From: Lytechinus pictus | Taxonomy: Eukaryota | NCBI RefSeq assembly: GCF_037042905.1 | Contig: NC_087251.1 | Location: 39,806,001-39,866,000, forward strand | DNA: 60,000 nt | Direction: 5' to 3' | Notes under the pieces: model-generated | Databases searched by the model: none | Seen by the model: only the letters and a program-made list of their open reading frames with translations | Told to the model about the DNA's origin: nothing | Position numbers and translations under genes: made by a program | In this document: positions 37,033 through 50,700 of the stretch, in pieces | How the letters are laid out: every line of letters starts with the position of its first letter | How positions within the stretch are numbered: position 1 is the first letter of the stretch

Positions 37033-37278
37033 ACGATAGAAGGGGGTTTTAGAGAAGTATTTTTTAAAATTAGTGGAGGGGACATAACGAAGTCTTTCCT
37101 ATTTACTATAAATTTATCTTTATTATTTCTTCCTTTTCCCCCCGTCAAAAAGCAAAATTTAGGAGTAATCGAGGAGGGTGCGCCCACCCTTTTCTCCATG
37201 ATGCTGTAGTTTGGGCGTTAGTGGAGCTCCACCATTAGGAGCGCAATGGCCATCATCCGTCTGTGTAGGAGGAGGACA

Positions 37279-37705
37279 ACCGGGGGGGGGGGGGGGCAGT
37301 CATATATATTGCTGTACAGTGTACACATGCATGATTTAAAAAACGCGTTGAAAGGGGTGATTTTTTTTCAGGTTTGGACGCATGCCGCGCATGCACTCGG
37401 AAAGGGTATCAAAAACACAGATTTTCCAAAAAAAGGTGGTTTTTAAAGAATGGTCAATGGTCAATCACAGGGTCAAATGTATTTTTTTCCAAAGCTTTTT
37501 TTTTTAAAGAATAGCCAAACAAGTATAGGGTATGTTTTTCGACCAGCTTTTTCACGAAGGTCATATTTTGGCGATAAAGCCTGCAAAAAACTTGTTTACA
37601 TGGTTATTTTGCACACAGAGAAAAAACTTGTTTAAGGGGTGTTTGGAAATAATTTGGTCATGCATGTGTACAGCTACAGCAATACATTTGACTGGCCTCC
37701 CCGGG
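37279..37705. mobile_element. MITE with long imperfect TIRs
   Basis: ccgggg...cagtcatatatattgctgta...tgtacacatgcatga / tcatgcatgtgtaca...tacagcaatacatttgactgg...ccccggg. Confidence 0.7.
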
Positions 37706-38316
37706 AGGAGAAAAAAGATCAGAAAAGTTGAAAAACTCTGAAGAAACAGTAGATTTATCAGTCTAGCGTGGTGTCCACTGCCTGGAATTAGCCTTGAGGT
37801 CTCATTGATGATGGATCAAGTATTACTAAACATCCTGCCTGATTTTCAGGTCACATAACTAAGGTCAAAGATCATTTAGGGTCAATGATCTTAAACCATG
37901 TTGGGGGAATCAATATATCGAAATCTTAACCAAGGTACATTTTTGAAATGTTATAACTTAGAAACTATATGGACCTCGTTCATGAAACTTAGGCATAAGG
38001 GTAATGGTGTATCACTGAAGATCCTGCCTGAGTTTCAGGTCACATGACCAAGATCAAAGGTCAGTTTGGTAGAGAAATTCTGTTCTCCATAGGCTACTTG
38101 TGTTTTGGGGGTTTGAAAAATAACCGGATGAAGAAGAATGTTTTTTTTTTTTGCCTGGCATTGGTTCTCTGGTGTGAATGTGGCATTACTAATCACACAA
38201 AAATAACAACTTTGTCAGTAAATTACCTAAATTCTCTTATATGACTAGGTATCTGGTCTCAGGAAGGAAGAACCAGAGGAAGTCCATTCATCAGTCAAGG
38301 GTAAACTACCTCAAGA

Positions 38317-38746
38317 ATGTATCTCCTGGGCACTTCCACCTTTATGCATCGGTTACCCGTCTATGGCAAATGCATCATCTCAAATAGTATGAACAGGACA
38401 AAACAATGCCTTGATTGTTGCCATAAATGTATTCCCTCAAGGATATTCCCAGGAAAGGCAATAGCGATTCCCCATTCGTCTTTCACACCAGCAAGGGTCT
38501 TCTGCACTTGCAGGATTTTCCCAAGGACTATAAAGCAGTACTACTTGTCAACACTGAGACCTTCAAGATGGAGTGCCCTAGTCGGTACTTCCAGGAGAAC
38601 TTTTCACTCCTCGTCAGTCAGAAGAAACGGGTTCAGGAGAGCAGACTCGACCAAGAATGAACCTATCCCTAGTTTGACGGTTCCAAAGAGATCGGAAATC
38701 TGGAGGTTGCTGTCCTTAGCAGAACCTGAGAAATATAGACTTGCCG
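38317..38746 (+). CDS. ABCB10: ABCB10 first coding exon (putative mitochondrial presequence)
   Basis: ORF ends ...[18 protein letters not shown] at G|gtaagt; exact start ATG less certain. Confidence 0.85.
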
Positions 38747-41700
38747 GTAAGTCATTCTAATATTTGTTGAAATATCTTGTATTGATGAAGAAGAATAGAA
38801 CAATTTCTGTTTCTTGAGTAACTCCAGTACGAAAAAATAGGGTACCGATTGGATTACTGTTGAAAATGAAAATTTGGGATAACTAGTTATTAGTACCAGT
38901 CATTAGCAAATCTTTCTTTTAGCTAAAAAAAATTACTGGTCATGTGATAGATTTCAGCCAATCGTTTGACAGGGATACATATTACAAGCTTATAACATGT
39001 AGTCTATTTGTTATCACTATCTTCTTGAATATAGTTGCTATTGGACTCCTACTCATATCCAGTACTGTCACTATAGCAGTGCCCTTTGCCCTTGGCAAAG
39101 TTATAGACACCATCTACAATACATCGAGCGAAGAGGGCAGCAGAGATGATATGATGAAGAGGTTAACTAGGTTGTGTACGTTCTTGGCGGGGGTCTTCCT
39201 GGTCGGCGCAGCTGCCAATTTTGGGCGTGTCTACCTCATGCAGACATCAGGTTTGTCACATTCAATGTTTATATTATATTGGATGCAGTGTTCTAGCTAG
39301 ACCCATTTTAGTGGTGGTTGTTATTTCACGGTATCACAAAGTTTTTTCATGCCATGTTAATGGTTTTAAAGCCAATAGTGAAGGAACATCACTGTAATAA
39401 CAATCTGACCTTAGCAAATCTTTGAAAATACACTAATCATTACGTCAAACTCTCGTTGGAGAGGCGACCGCAATAGCTCAGGGCTTTTCTTCTGTCATAT
39501 ACCCCGATAACAAAATCTTCGTCACGGAGGAACCAAGATATTTCATTCCCAAGCGCTATCAACCCTGAATTGCTTGATAATCCCTCTTATGTAATATTTC
39601 TCCTCCGCATAGGCAAGCCTGAGGGTTAGACCATAAACAACAGCTGTGATATTACATAAGAGCAGCTCTGCCTGTAGTAGGCCTTTAAGAATTATGGTAT
39701 TTGATATTTAATCAAATTTTCAAAGGCATATTGTATTTTGAAATTCAATGTTCATTTGTTTTCAATTTCGAACGAAGAAAATCGCCCCCGAAATAAGGAA
39801 ACTATTAAAGAGAATAAAAATGACTGCATGCGATGGCAAGCGAGTTTGCTAGAATCAGCATGCTGTGTATGTAATTGACACGCAAAATAAAGGGTGAATG
39901 AAAGAAAGGGTGGGAGGATTACTTGTTACTACCAGTGGCCATCAAATTTGAGCAAGAAAGAACGCGGACTTTGTGTGATGTGATAACCCTCTAGCTATCT
40001 TAAATATCATAAATATCGTGAAAGCTAAAGATAAAAGATAACGTTTTCAGAATACCACTTCTCTTCATTTTGTTCTTATCTTTTTAGCGCGCTTTTGTAT
40101 TATCTATGCGCGAGTTATAGATTTACGCGCTCAGCATAGGATGGAAAGCAAGATAAGAAAAAGATAAGAACAAAAGATAAGAATGTTTTCAGAATAACAA
40201 TTTGAGATTGTGACGTAGAAAAGAACATATTTGAGATATGAACGTTTTCAGAATACCGCCCCAGGTGTTATTAACCTTTGACCTTTAACCTTTAGGTCAG
40301 CTAATCATCAAACAGCTGAGAGTGAGAGGCTGTTCAAGTTTGTAGTTGCTCATGAGGTTGGTTTATTTGAGAAGACTTTAGGAGTTTAGGTTATTGTACT
40401 CAGAAATGATATGTAACCTTTGACCTTTTAACCTTCAGGTCAAAGAATCATCAAACGACTGAGGGAGATGTTGTTCAAGTCTGTAGTTGCCCAGGAGATT
40501 GGTTTCTTTGACAAGACGTCTACAGGAGAACTCATCAACAGACTGTCCACTGATACATCCAAGATCGGCCAATCACTCACATCTAACATTTCCGATGGTC
40601 TAAGGTCAACAGTGCAGGTCATTGGAGGCATAGGCATGATGGTAAGTCCACTATGGAGTTCCCCATTATTCCAATATTTATTTCATATACAGATTTGATT
40701 GATTGCTAGTTAAATACAGATTTATATTTTTCATTTTTAGTTGGTTGGATAAGTATTACTATGGTTTTTAACTTGATATGTCATACACTATTAAAGAATG
40801 TTGATCTGATTTGTAAAAGTGAATGATAAATCATAAATTTGGCTATCAAGCACAAGGGACGAAGTCACAAAGATGGTTTTGAAAAACCTCGAACGGTTGA
40901 ACCCATGGTTTATACAGATTTTCTGTATAAATCACGCTTATCTTCTGCCTATATTAAAAAATGTCCAATACTGATGCGCGCTTCAGTCTCATTGTGCCGA
41001 ATTGACGGCTGTTTCCATGATTAAACACACTATTTTATTCTTGAGTCCACTGTTTTTAAGAGTGGATTCATTCAAAATAAAATAGCATGCTTAACCATGG
41101 CAACAGGCATCAATTTGGCGCACTGTGATAAAAGTTTGCGACGATGGCGGCGGCATCATCAACAACAAAAAAGTTTTTGAAATGTCATCATTACTTAGAA
41201 AGTATATGGACCTAGTTCATGAAACTTGGACATGAGGGTAATCAAGTATTACTAAACATCTTGCCTGAATTTCAGGTCATATAAATAAGGTCAAAGGTCA
41301 TGTCGGGTCGATGAACTTAGTCCATGTTGGGGAATTCAATATCGAAATCTTAACCAAGGTTAAGTTTTTGAAATGTCATTATAAACTTAGAAAGTATATG
41401 AACCTAGTTCATGAAACTTTGACATAAGGGTAGTAGTGTATCACTGAAGATCCTGCCTGAGTTTGAGGTCACATGACCAAGGTCAAAGGTCACTTATGGT
41501 CAACACACTTTGGCCATGTTGGGGGTATTTGTGGAATTGTCATCATTACTTTACAATTTTGTGGATCGAGTTCATGAAACTTGGACATAAGAGTAACCAT
41601 GTATCCCTGCATATCCTGTGTGCATTTCAGGTCACATGACTAAGGTCAATGGTCATTTAGGGTCAATGAACTTTGGCTGTGTTGGGGGTATTTGTTGAAT

Positions 41701-44700
41701 TGGCATCATAGCTTAGAAAGTTGAATGGATCTACAGATGGAATTCATGGATAATAGACATAAGGGTAATCAAGTATGAATGATTGTTTTGTACACGTCTT
41801 AGGTCACATGATCATGGTCAAAGGTCAGCACTGCTGCTATATCGAATCACGTAGTGCAGGCGAGACTGCCAGAGGTGTACCACTTGTTGTTAGGTATAAG
41901 GTCATGGTTGAATGCACAGTGGGCAATCTTTGAGAGAGAGTCAAAACACATTTGCACCAACTTGTGAGGTAACTTTGGAAACAACAATGAAATAACAATG
42001 ATATTAAGCTTTAGTTCTTTTTACTTTCCAGTAAAGCAAAGTCAGCTTACAAATCATACAACATGCAAATGATTGAAAAGAGAATAATATGAAATGGATG
42101 AAGTCTCAGGTCAAGTCGGGTTATTCAATTTAATGAACTCTGTGATAGAAGTAGCCCTTAAAATATGCAAAACGATTTCCCCCATAACTTATTATTATTG
42201 GGATCAATAAAAAATCTGTTCCGAATGAACAGGAGATGATAAAATAATCCTTGTATAGGATTGTTTTCCCTCTTTCTTGTAATATTTAAATTTTTGTGTA
42301 AAAAAAAGAATTATCTGAAATGGATGAAGTCTTAGGTCAAGTCGGGTTATTCAATTTAATGAACTCTGTGATAGGTACACTCTTTCTGAAGCAATGTTAA
42401 TCCTTCGCTTCCCTCTTCTGCAGTGTTGATGTTCTCTGGTGTCCGTCTTGTCCTCCAACACCCAGATCGTCCCCATTTTAGGTTATGGCTTTTTCCTCTT
42501 CCTGTACACCTCCTCATTTTTAGGGAGACAGCTTGACCAGGGGTAGCATCTCAAAGCGCTTTGTATCTCGTGAAAAAAGTGCCATAGACATATCAACTGT
42601 TATCATTATTATTACCTTCGAAATAAATTGACCACAGAACTCGCTATATTCAAGATTTAACAGGATCAGCCAATGCTATGATTCATTCTACATCATATTG
42701 CCGACACATTTATCAAAATGATAAAAATGATTGGAATGTTGAGAATGAAAGGGGCCTGTAACGCGAAGCTTAGCAATCATAGTTAGAAGAATATCTTTAC
42801 AATTGATAGCACTGACCACAGTGTACATTCATTCGTGTCACCAACCTTTGTGTTACTGGACCCTGATTATGTTATATTGCACTAGTCTGAATTGATGTGC
42901 AACATGTGGAGCGTTGCGGCCCAGTAGATTAGTCTCCGGACTTTGAAACAGAGGGTCGTGGGTTCAAATCCCAACCATGGCGTAGTTTCCTTCAGCAAGA
43001 AATTTATCCACATTGTGCTGCACTCAACCCAGGTGAGGTGAATGGGTACATGCCGAGCGCTGGAAGCTAGCTGCTTGAGCTACAGCCGGGGTAATAATAT
43101 CCAAGTCCTTTGGAAGCACATAGAGATGTTATTTATAATGTGTTATGTGCTATACAAGAACTGACTATTATCATTATTATTGATTTGTCTTTCTCCCTTT
43201 TACCCCCATCAGTTTTATTCATCGGCTCAGCTGGCTACTGTAGTAATATCAATAGTACCCCCATTCTCCGTTGTTGCCATTCTCTACGGGAGATACGTAC
43301 GCTCACTATCCAGGAAGGTCCAAGACTCTTTAGCAACTGCGACACAGGTAAGTTAACAAATCCAGTAAAACCTCAATGTTATCAAGAGATGGCCTTTGGA
43401 TGGTGCATTGAGACATGTATTTTGGTCTGCATGACTTGCCCGTGCAATATCAGTGTGCATTGCATGATGCGCCCAAATCTGACAAAATTCCCCATAGGTT
43501 TATGTACAAAACTAGCTGTGCAATATCATGCTGTATTGCGCAGTATAATGATTATTTTGGATGGCTTTACGTCATCCGATGCATAAAGATTCCACACATT
43601 ATGGTCAGTATTGCACTCATTTATCATTTTTTGCAACATTCCCTAATGCATGCAATATTTCTGGTGGGTGCTTCCTGAAGCTGTTTGTAGGTTAAGAGTG
43701 ACTTTAAGAGTGACTGGTGGTCCTTTCTTGTGGTAAATGGTACATTCATTGGCGATGGTTTAGCGCGTAAGAAAGGATCACCAGTCGTTCTTAAAGTCGC
43801 TCTCAACTTACGGACAAGTTTACAAAATGGCCCCCTGGTATTCCATTCTGAGCCTTTCAATATGATGTAGATACTCATCTCTACATTCCAGTTTGAACAA
43901 TTATTACAATCCATTTATTATTGATCTCTATGAGGCCAATTCAACGTTCACTCATTCATACACACTCAGGTTATATAGTTATTGATTTTAGTGGGAAACA
44001 AGCATGTGCGATTTTTGACCCTGACACATTCAATGGGTAGGTGTTTATTGTTAACATGTGACAGTGTAATTATTGTTAAAACGAATAAAATACAATATTC
44101 AAAGTATTTGATAAAATATATTTGGATTATAAACATCTGATTCGTCCTGATTTATTCTGATACTACGTTTGCTGATTTCATCTTTCAAACAATAATAAAT
44201 ATGATATACAATATGTCTTTTCAGCACATTTTAGTTGTGATTAATTCGTTGTTGAAGGTACATGTACATATAATAATAATAATAGCCAATTTTTACATAG
44301 CGCTTTTCCCAGAATGCGCGTTATAGCATATTATTACCCCGGTCATTGGATTCATTTCAATCCTGCACAAAAAGTGCACAATTTCCACTCCCTGGGGAGC
44401 ATTGAAATACAAAAGTATAAGGCTATTATTATGACAAAGATTTTATGACATAATTTGCTCTCTTGTTTACATACAGCCCTTGAAAAGGCCACCGCACACC
44501 TGATGATTAGTCTTTGACCCTATTGGAATAAATTGTAGTAAAATGTTCATGGAACATCTTAATGTTTAAAATTATGAATCATTGTACAAATATTTATGTT
44601 CAAATCTGTGACTATGCTGCCCTAATATTAAAATATAAATATCAAAATGAATATCTATTCGTAATGACGTCGTAACAATCATACAATTGGCTATGACTTT

Positions 44701-47700
44701 TAATTAGTTTGGCCTTTACTCCAAAACAAAGGCTTCCAATCACCCAAAATTGCTATATTGGTATTCGTACAGTCAATGTGAACCTCAAACAGATGCTTTT
44801 CATTCACATTTTCAGTAAATAAGCAAAATGCACTTTGTTCCAACATCATATCCTAGACCAGTTGTAAGGTGTGTGGAGGTGCATATTACCGGATTGTGAA
44901 AAAAAAGAACAACCTTTTCACAGTTTCATGTTATTATAACTTTAATTGTCACAATTCATCTCAGCTTATGTTCGATTAAACTGGCCTTTAATAAATCAAA
45001 TATAAATCATTAAATCTTGAATACCCCTCCCCCATCTCTCTCGCTTTCTCATATACGCAGGTAGCAGAGGAAAGAATTAGCAGTATACGAACTGTGAGGG
45101 CGTTCTCCCATGAGAAACGAGAGGAGGCTGCTTACAGCGACAGAGTAGAAGGTGTCTTTCAACTCACAAAGAAAGAGGCATTTGCGAGTGGATTATTCTT
45201 CGGTGCAGTAAGTATATCATTCTCTCCTATTGTAAGCAGGCAAGATGAAGGTTAAATTTGTAAAGGGAAATTTGCCCCCAATTGTGTGAAGTAGCCCTTA
45301 AAATTTGCAAAAGGATTTTACCCATAACTTATTATTATTGGGATCAATAAAAAAAATCTGTTCCGAATGAACAGGAGATGATAAAATAATCGTTGTATAG
45401 GTTTGTTTTCCCTCTTTCTTGTAATATTTAAATTTTGTGTTCATTTAAAATATTATACAAGAAAAATCACATGTTTATGTTAATATACTAGGATCATGTA
45501 TGTTACATTACTAGTTTTCCCTCCTCTTCATTGTATTTGAATTTTGTGTTCATTAAAAATATATTCTACTTTATATGGGAAAAGTCAGAAATGTTAAAAT
45601 ACTCATGTGTCTACGTATGTTTCAGTACTTGGATCACATATTTTTTTGCATTGTTCTGGGGATTGTTTCATTACGTCTGTTGTTCATGATTTTTACTGAC
45701 AATTGTTATAAGCTACTGTAAATCCTCGCATCTGATTGGCTGAGAGCAAATTAGTCAGTGAAAAATCACTTACTATTAAACTAAACTCTTCATGACATGC
45801 TCCCCTGGGCCCCACCTTACAAAGAGTTACGATTGATCCCATCTATCGTAACTCTATGGAAATCCATCAATGTCATAATTTTTTCCAAAGGAAATTTGCA
45901 CAGTGTCATTTGTAAACAAAGAGAAGCACAGGGAATTTTCAAGAAAACAATGACTGCATGAGTATACATCATAGATAGAAAATATTTTGAACAAACATGT
46001 ATGACCTTGCTGGCCGTCCATAGTTGCGGTTGATCGGACAAATCGCAACTCTTTGTAAGACGGGCCCCTGTTGTTTATTGGTAGTAGTAGCAGGGCTCCA
46101 CACTAACCCTTTTTTTCTACTGGTCCAACCTGTTCATGTCAGACCAGTATACCTAGTTTTTTAAAAATTTTACTGGTCCGAACATCAAATTTACTGGTTT
46201 CCCAAAATAAAGAAAAACATTTAAAAAAGACTTGTCTGAGTTTATTTTGTTGTCTTTAATTGCCCACCCCAAAAAAAAAAAAAAAAAAAAACATACAAAA
46301 TAATTTAAAGTAAACACTATTTCTCAATTTTATAAAAGCAATTTTAAAAGATGCCAGAGCCATTTTTATCATTCACAAAAATGAGGTAATATCATTGGTA
46401 TCAGTTTGATATATTTTTAAGTGGTCATGTCGGACCAGTAAATCTGGCTATTTCTGAAAAGTTACTGGCCCAACAGCAATTTTTACTGGTCTGGGACCGT
46501 CAGACCAGTGCCAGTGTTGTGTGCTGGTATTAATCATTAGATTTCTTTTGTATCTGCCGTTCTTGTAGATGGGTTTATCTGGTAATCTTATCATCATGAC
46601 TGTCCTTTATAATGGAGGTCTGATGATGACAGAATCACAGATTACTGTAGGGGATCTCTCTGCATTCCTTCTTTATGCTGCCTATGTTGGAATATCAATC
46701 GGGGGTAAGTATATATAAATTTTTTGTGCAATTTCATATGATAGTAGTACTTATTTTTCAAATGTTGTTTTATTTGCTCTTAATTGCGCTATACACATAT
46801 GATAAGGACTTTTTTCCTTTGCTATAAAGATGTCCTGCTTATAATGCTTCTTGTCCCACTTACGCAGTATCGTTCACCTGAAGAAATAATAACATACGTG
46901 TGTTTAAAACATATACATAATATATAAGTTCTTTTCTATATACCTTTTAAAGGGATAGTATAGGCTGAAAATATTTACATCTTAACCCTCAATCTCCCGG
47001 GGTATTTTGATTCTTGTCATTCCCGGGGGGGGGGGGGGCCATTATGGCCCCCCCTTAAGATCTCAGCCGTGGATTGCGCGATCACAACGAAAATTTGCAT
47101 GATGGTAGAGAATGACGTAATCTACGCAGTTGCATTGGTAAATTTCACTGAATTCATATATTTTTATTTTATATGAATTAATTATGCTAATTTATTCATG
47201 AAATCATACTTTTTGCTCTGATTCACTAAATAAAGCTCCTAGAATGCTATTTTTTGGTGAAAATATTCTTTATAGCATTTCTAACAATTGTGAATGAAAA
47301 AAATTCTGGTACCAAGACCGATTTCTTATGTATTTTATTGTTTTTTAAATTTCTTATGTATTTCGTTGTTTTTTTACTTTTTGTTTTTTATTGTTTTTTC
47401 GATGGAAATTGTTCCAGACTTAATTCTGATCATAAACAAGGCAAAATTAATTAAGTTTAATCATTAGAAGTAGAAATAATGATACATTTATGAATTTTGG
47501 CCAAATACACAAATTGCATTGGATTTGTACATGAAATCACGTTTATGAGCAATTTTGGGTCTGACATGCACTTACATAATGTTGCGTAATGTCGTAACCG
47601 CGTACCTGGGCGTCACAAATTTGGTCTCAAAATTTGCGCGAGACTTGAAAGTAAAAAGTCAGTGAGCGGCGAGGTCAAAAAATTTTGCGCAGCAGATATA

Positions 47701-50700
47701 TCGCGAAAATTGTTGAGGGGGGGGCCATAATGCCCCCCCCCCCCCCCCGGGAGAATTAGGGTTAATACATATAATAAAATACAAAAGAACAAGTGGGGAT
47801 GTGACATCATCAGCCCACCTAATGAATATTCATGATGACTCTTTTCACAAAATATTGCTAAACTTTAGAATTCAATAACTTTGTTATTTGTTATCCGATT
47901 TTGATGAAATTTTCGGCATTTTGCTCAGTGAATTCTACTCTATTTATTAAGCTATAAATACTTTCAGCCCGGACCATCCCTTTAAACTGGCCTCATGGTC
48001 ACTTTATGAGACACAATGTTTCTTTTTTGGGTATGTGTTGCCTTTTATTTTTTACACTGTATTTGATTCTTCCTTGTAAAACTGGAAAATTGAGATATTG
48101 TATTGCCTCTAAAAGTAAAAAGATTTAAAATGCCTTCTTTCAGCATCCCTCTGTGTTACCACAATCACAAAACATCAAAATTTTAATTTTTCACTGTTAG
48201 GAATAAATTACCTATTGAAATATGATATTCAGATTCAGGACATTACATTTAATTCATGAATTCGAAAGTGGTTGGAGGCGAGAGAAACAACATTTCTGAA
48301 CATAATCATGAGTAATGATGTCGTAAGGATGAACCTTAGATGTTTAAGATAAAATGTTCTCCTTGACTTCATCTTCTTAATACAGGATTAAGTAATTTCT
48401 ATGCAGAACTGATGAAAGGGATTGGAGCTAGCACCAGGCTTTGGGAGCTTGTTGACAGAAAACCTTCTATACCACTTTCAAGTAAGCATTCTCAGAACTT
48501 ACATATCAGAGCAAAAATGGGAAAAATCCCAAAGTGCCCAAAAATATCCAAAGCAAGTGCGTAAAAAAAAAATGGGACAGTTTTGAAAAGTCTATAAAGA
48601 ATTGTTTCAAATTATGACATCTATAGTTTGATATTGATAGATGCTCTGAAATCTTATCTTTGAAATGCCATTAAAAAAAAAAAAAAGCGAACACGGGACG
48701 TTTTTGTGGAGGGGTCAAAAAGAGGCTTGCGCCAAAATGGCAGAAATGAGAAATTTGATGTTCAGACTTCTTGCTAATTAGCAGACCTTCTCTTAACCTT
48801 TTCATTATCTTTGCCACTATTTTTGAATTATGCTGTCAAATTTCATTTACAAATTTATTTATTTACTTGAATTATTTTGTTTATTCATTTAAACTTCTTT
48901 TACCTTTGAATTTTCCTTCATAAGTAAGAAAAGAAGACTTTGTGTCAACACAAGCAAGAAGATTTGCATTATTAATTGGGAAAACTTGTAATTATTCAAA
49001 TCATTTTATTATGTGAAACAAATTATGTTATGGTACCTTTAAAAAAACATGAATCCTATTTTCAGGGAGTTATTGATTCCTTGACCAAGTTTAATTATGT
49101 GCTTGACAGGACAAACAGGTAATGATTCATGTCTTTCAATAGCATTGAGTCAATTTTGAAGGAGCTAGCTATGGCAGATCGGATAAAATGTATAAAAAAG
49201 TTGTGAGCAAGCGAAGCGAGCAAGCAAAAATTTCCACTTTTTTATTAAAATATCAAATTTTGTGATAGATTTTGACATAATATTTAGAAAATAAATCATA
49301 GTTCACTTTCTATCTTTCCTTTCATTTCCTTTCCACTTTTTTTCTTTTTTTTAATTGAAGGGGGGGGGCACCCCCAAGCCCCCGCCCATCTGCATGCCAC
49401 TGTTCAAAGGCACCATAACCTTTGTAGCACACAATGAAAGGATTTGAAAAAAAATACACGCTCTCCCATACTTCGCTTGCAAAGCTAAAAGAGAACATAT
49501 TAGAAAGTAACAGTAACAGAACAATTCAAGCAAATAACAAAATTTGAAAATGAGTTTTGACCGCATAATTCGAAAATTATGGCAAAGATAATGAAAAGGT
49601 TAAGAGGAAGTCTGCTGATTAGCAAGAAGGCCGATTATCATATTTATCATTTTATGCCATTTTGGCACAAGCCTCCTTTATAACCCCAGACAAAAACATT
49701 CCTTGTTCGCTCAAGCACAAATGAAACTAATTTTTTTAATGGCATTTGAAAGATACGACGTCAGAGCACCTCTTAACACTAAAATATAGACATCATAATT
49801 TGAAACAAAAATTTTATAGACTTCAAATCTGTCCCGTTTTTTTTTTATACGCACTGTATTGCTACTTCCTCAGCATTCTTCCAGAATCCTTTGGCTTGGG
49901 TGGTCATTTGAATGGATTCTGTATTCGATAGGATCTTTCAATTTATATCACTGTCATTCATATTCATATGTTTCAGGTGGTCTTAAATTGGACATAACTC
50001 AACTCAAAGGGGCAATAGACTTTAACAACCTACACTTCTCCTATCCAATGCGCCGCGATATGCCCATCTTCACGGACTTGACTTTATCTGTGGAAGCGGG
50101 ATCAGTGATGGCTGTTGTAGGGGCCAGTGGATCAGGGAAGTCTAGTCTTGGGGCTCTCCTGTTAAGGTACTATGACCCCATTGAAGGTGAGCCGTTGCTT
50201 GAATTTTTAGTGAGATTTTATTTATTTTTTATTTCATTTATTGATATATTCATATTCCTCAAAGCCTCAAAGTACATTTCATGATAAATCATTTTTACAA
50301 TGAAAAGATGCATCAACTGCATAAACATATGCAGGGTTGAAATGTAACAAAGAAATTAAAAAAGTGGAGGGGTCTACTGAAAAGCAAAGCTTGTAAGATG
50401 TAGACCCCCTATCAAATTTTTTTCAAGGGTAATATGATATAAATAGAGTAGAAACAATCAGCAAAATTCTATAAATTTGTATAGATGTAAACACTGTAAC
50501 GCGAATGTATATACACTATATACAAAATCAAATATTGACTTTAAAATAATCAACACTACCGTGGATAAGTATGTAGCTCACAAAATGTTTGATTGAATCA
50601 GTAAGAATTCAGAAGATATTTTTTGATCAAGTCAGGTTGTGTTCAGCATTTTTATATTTATTATTCAATATTTTCCAGGTTCCATTACATTAGATGGAAA

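Noticed and set aside
37198..37270. Possible box C/D snoRNA
   Set aside because: The C box is imperfect (ATGATGC), there is no terminal CTGA D box and no closing stem.
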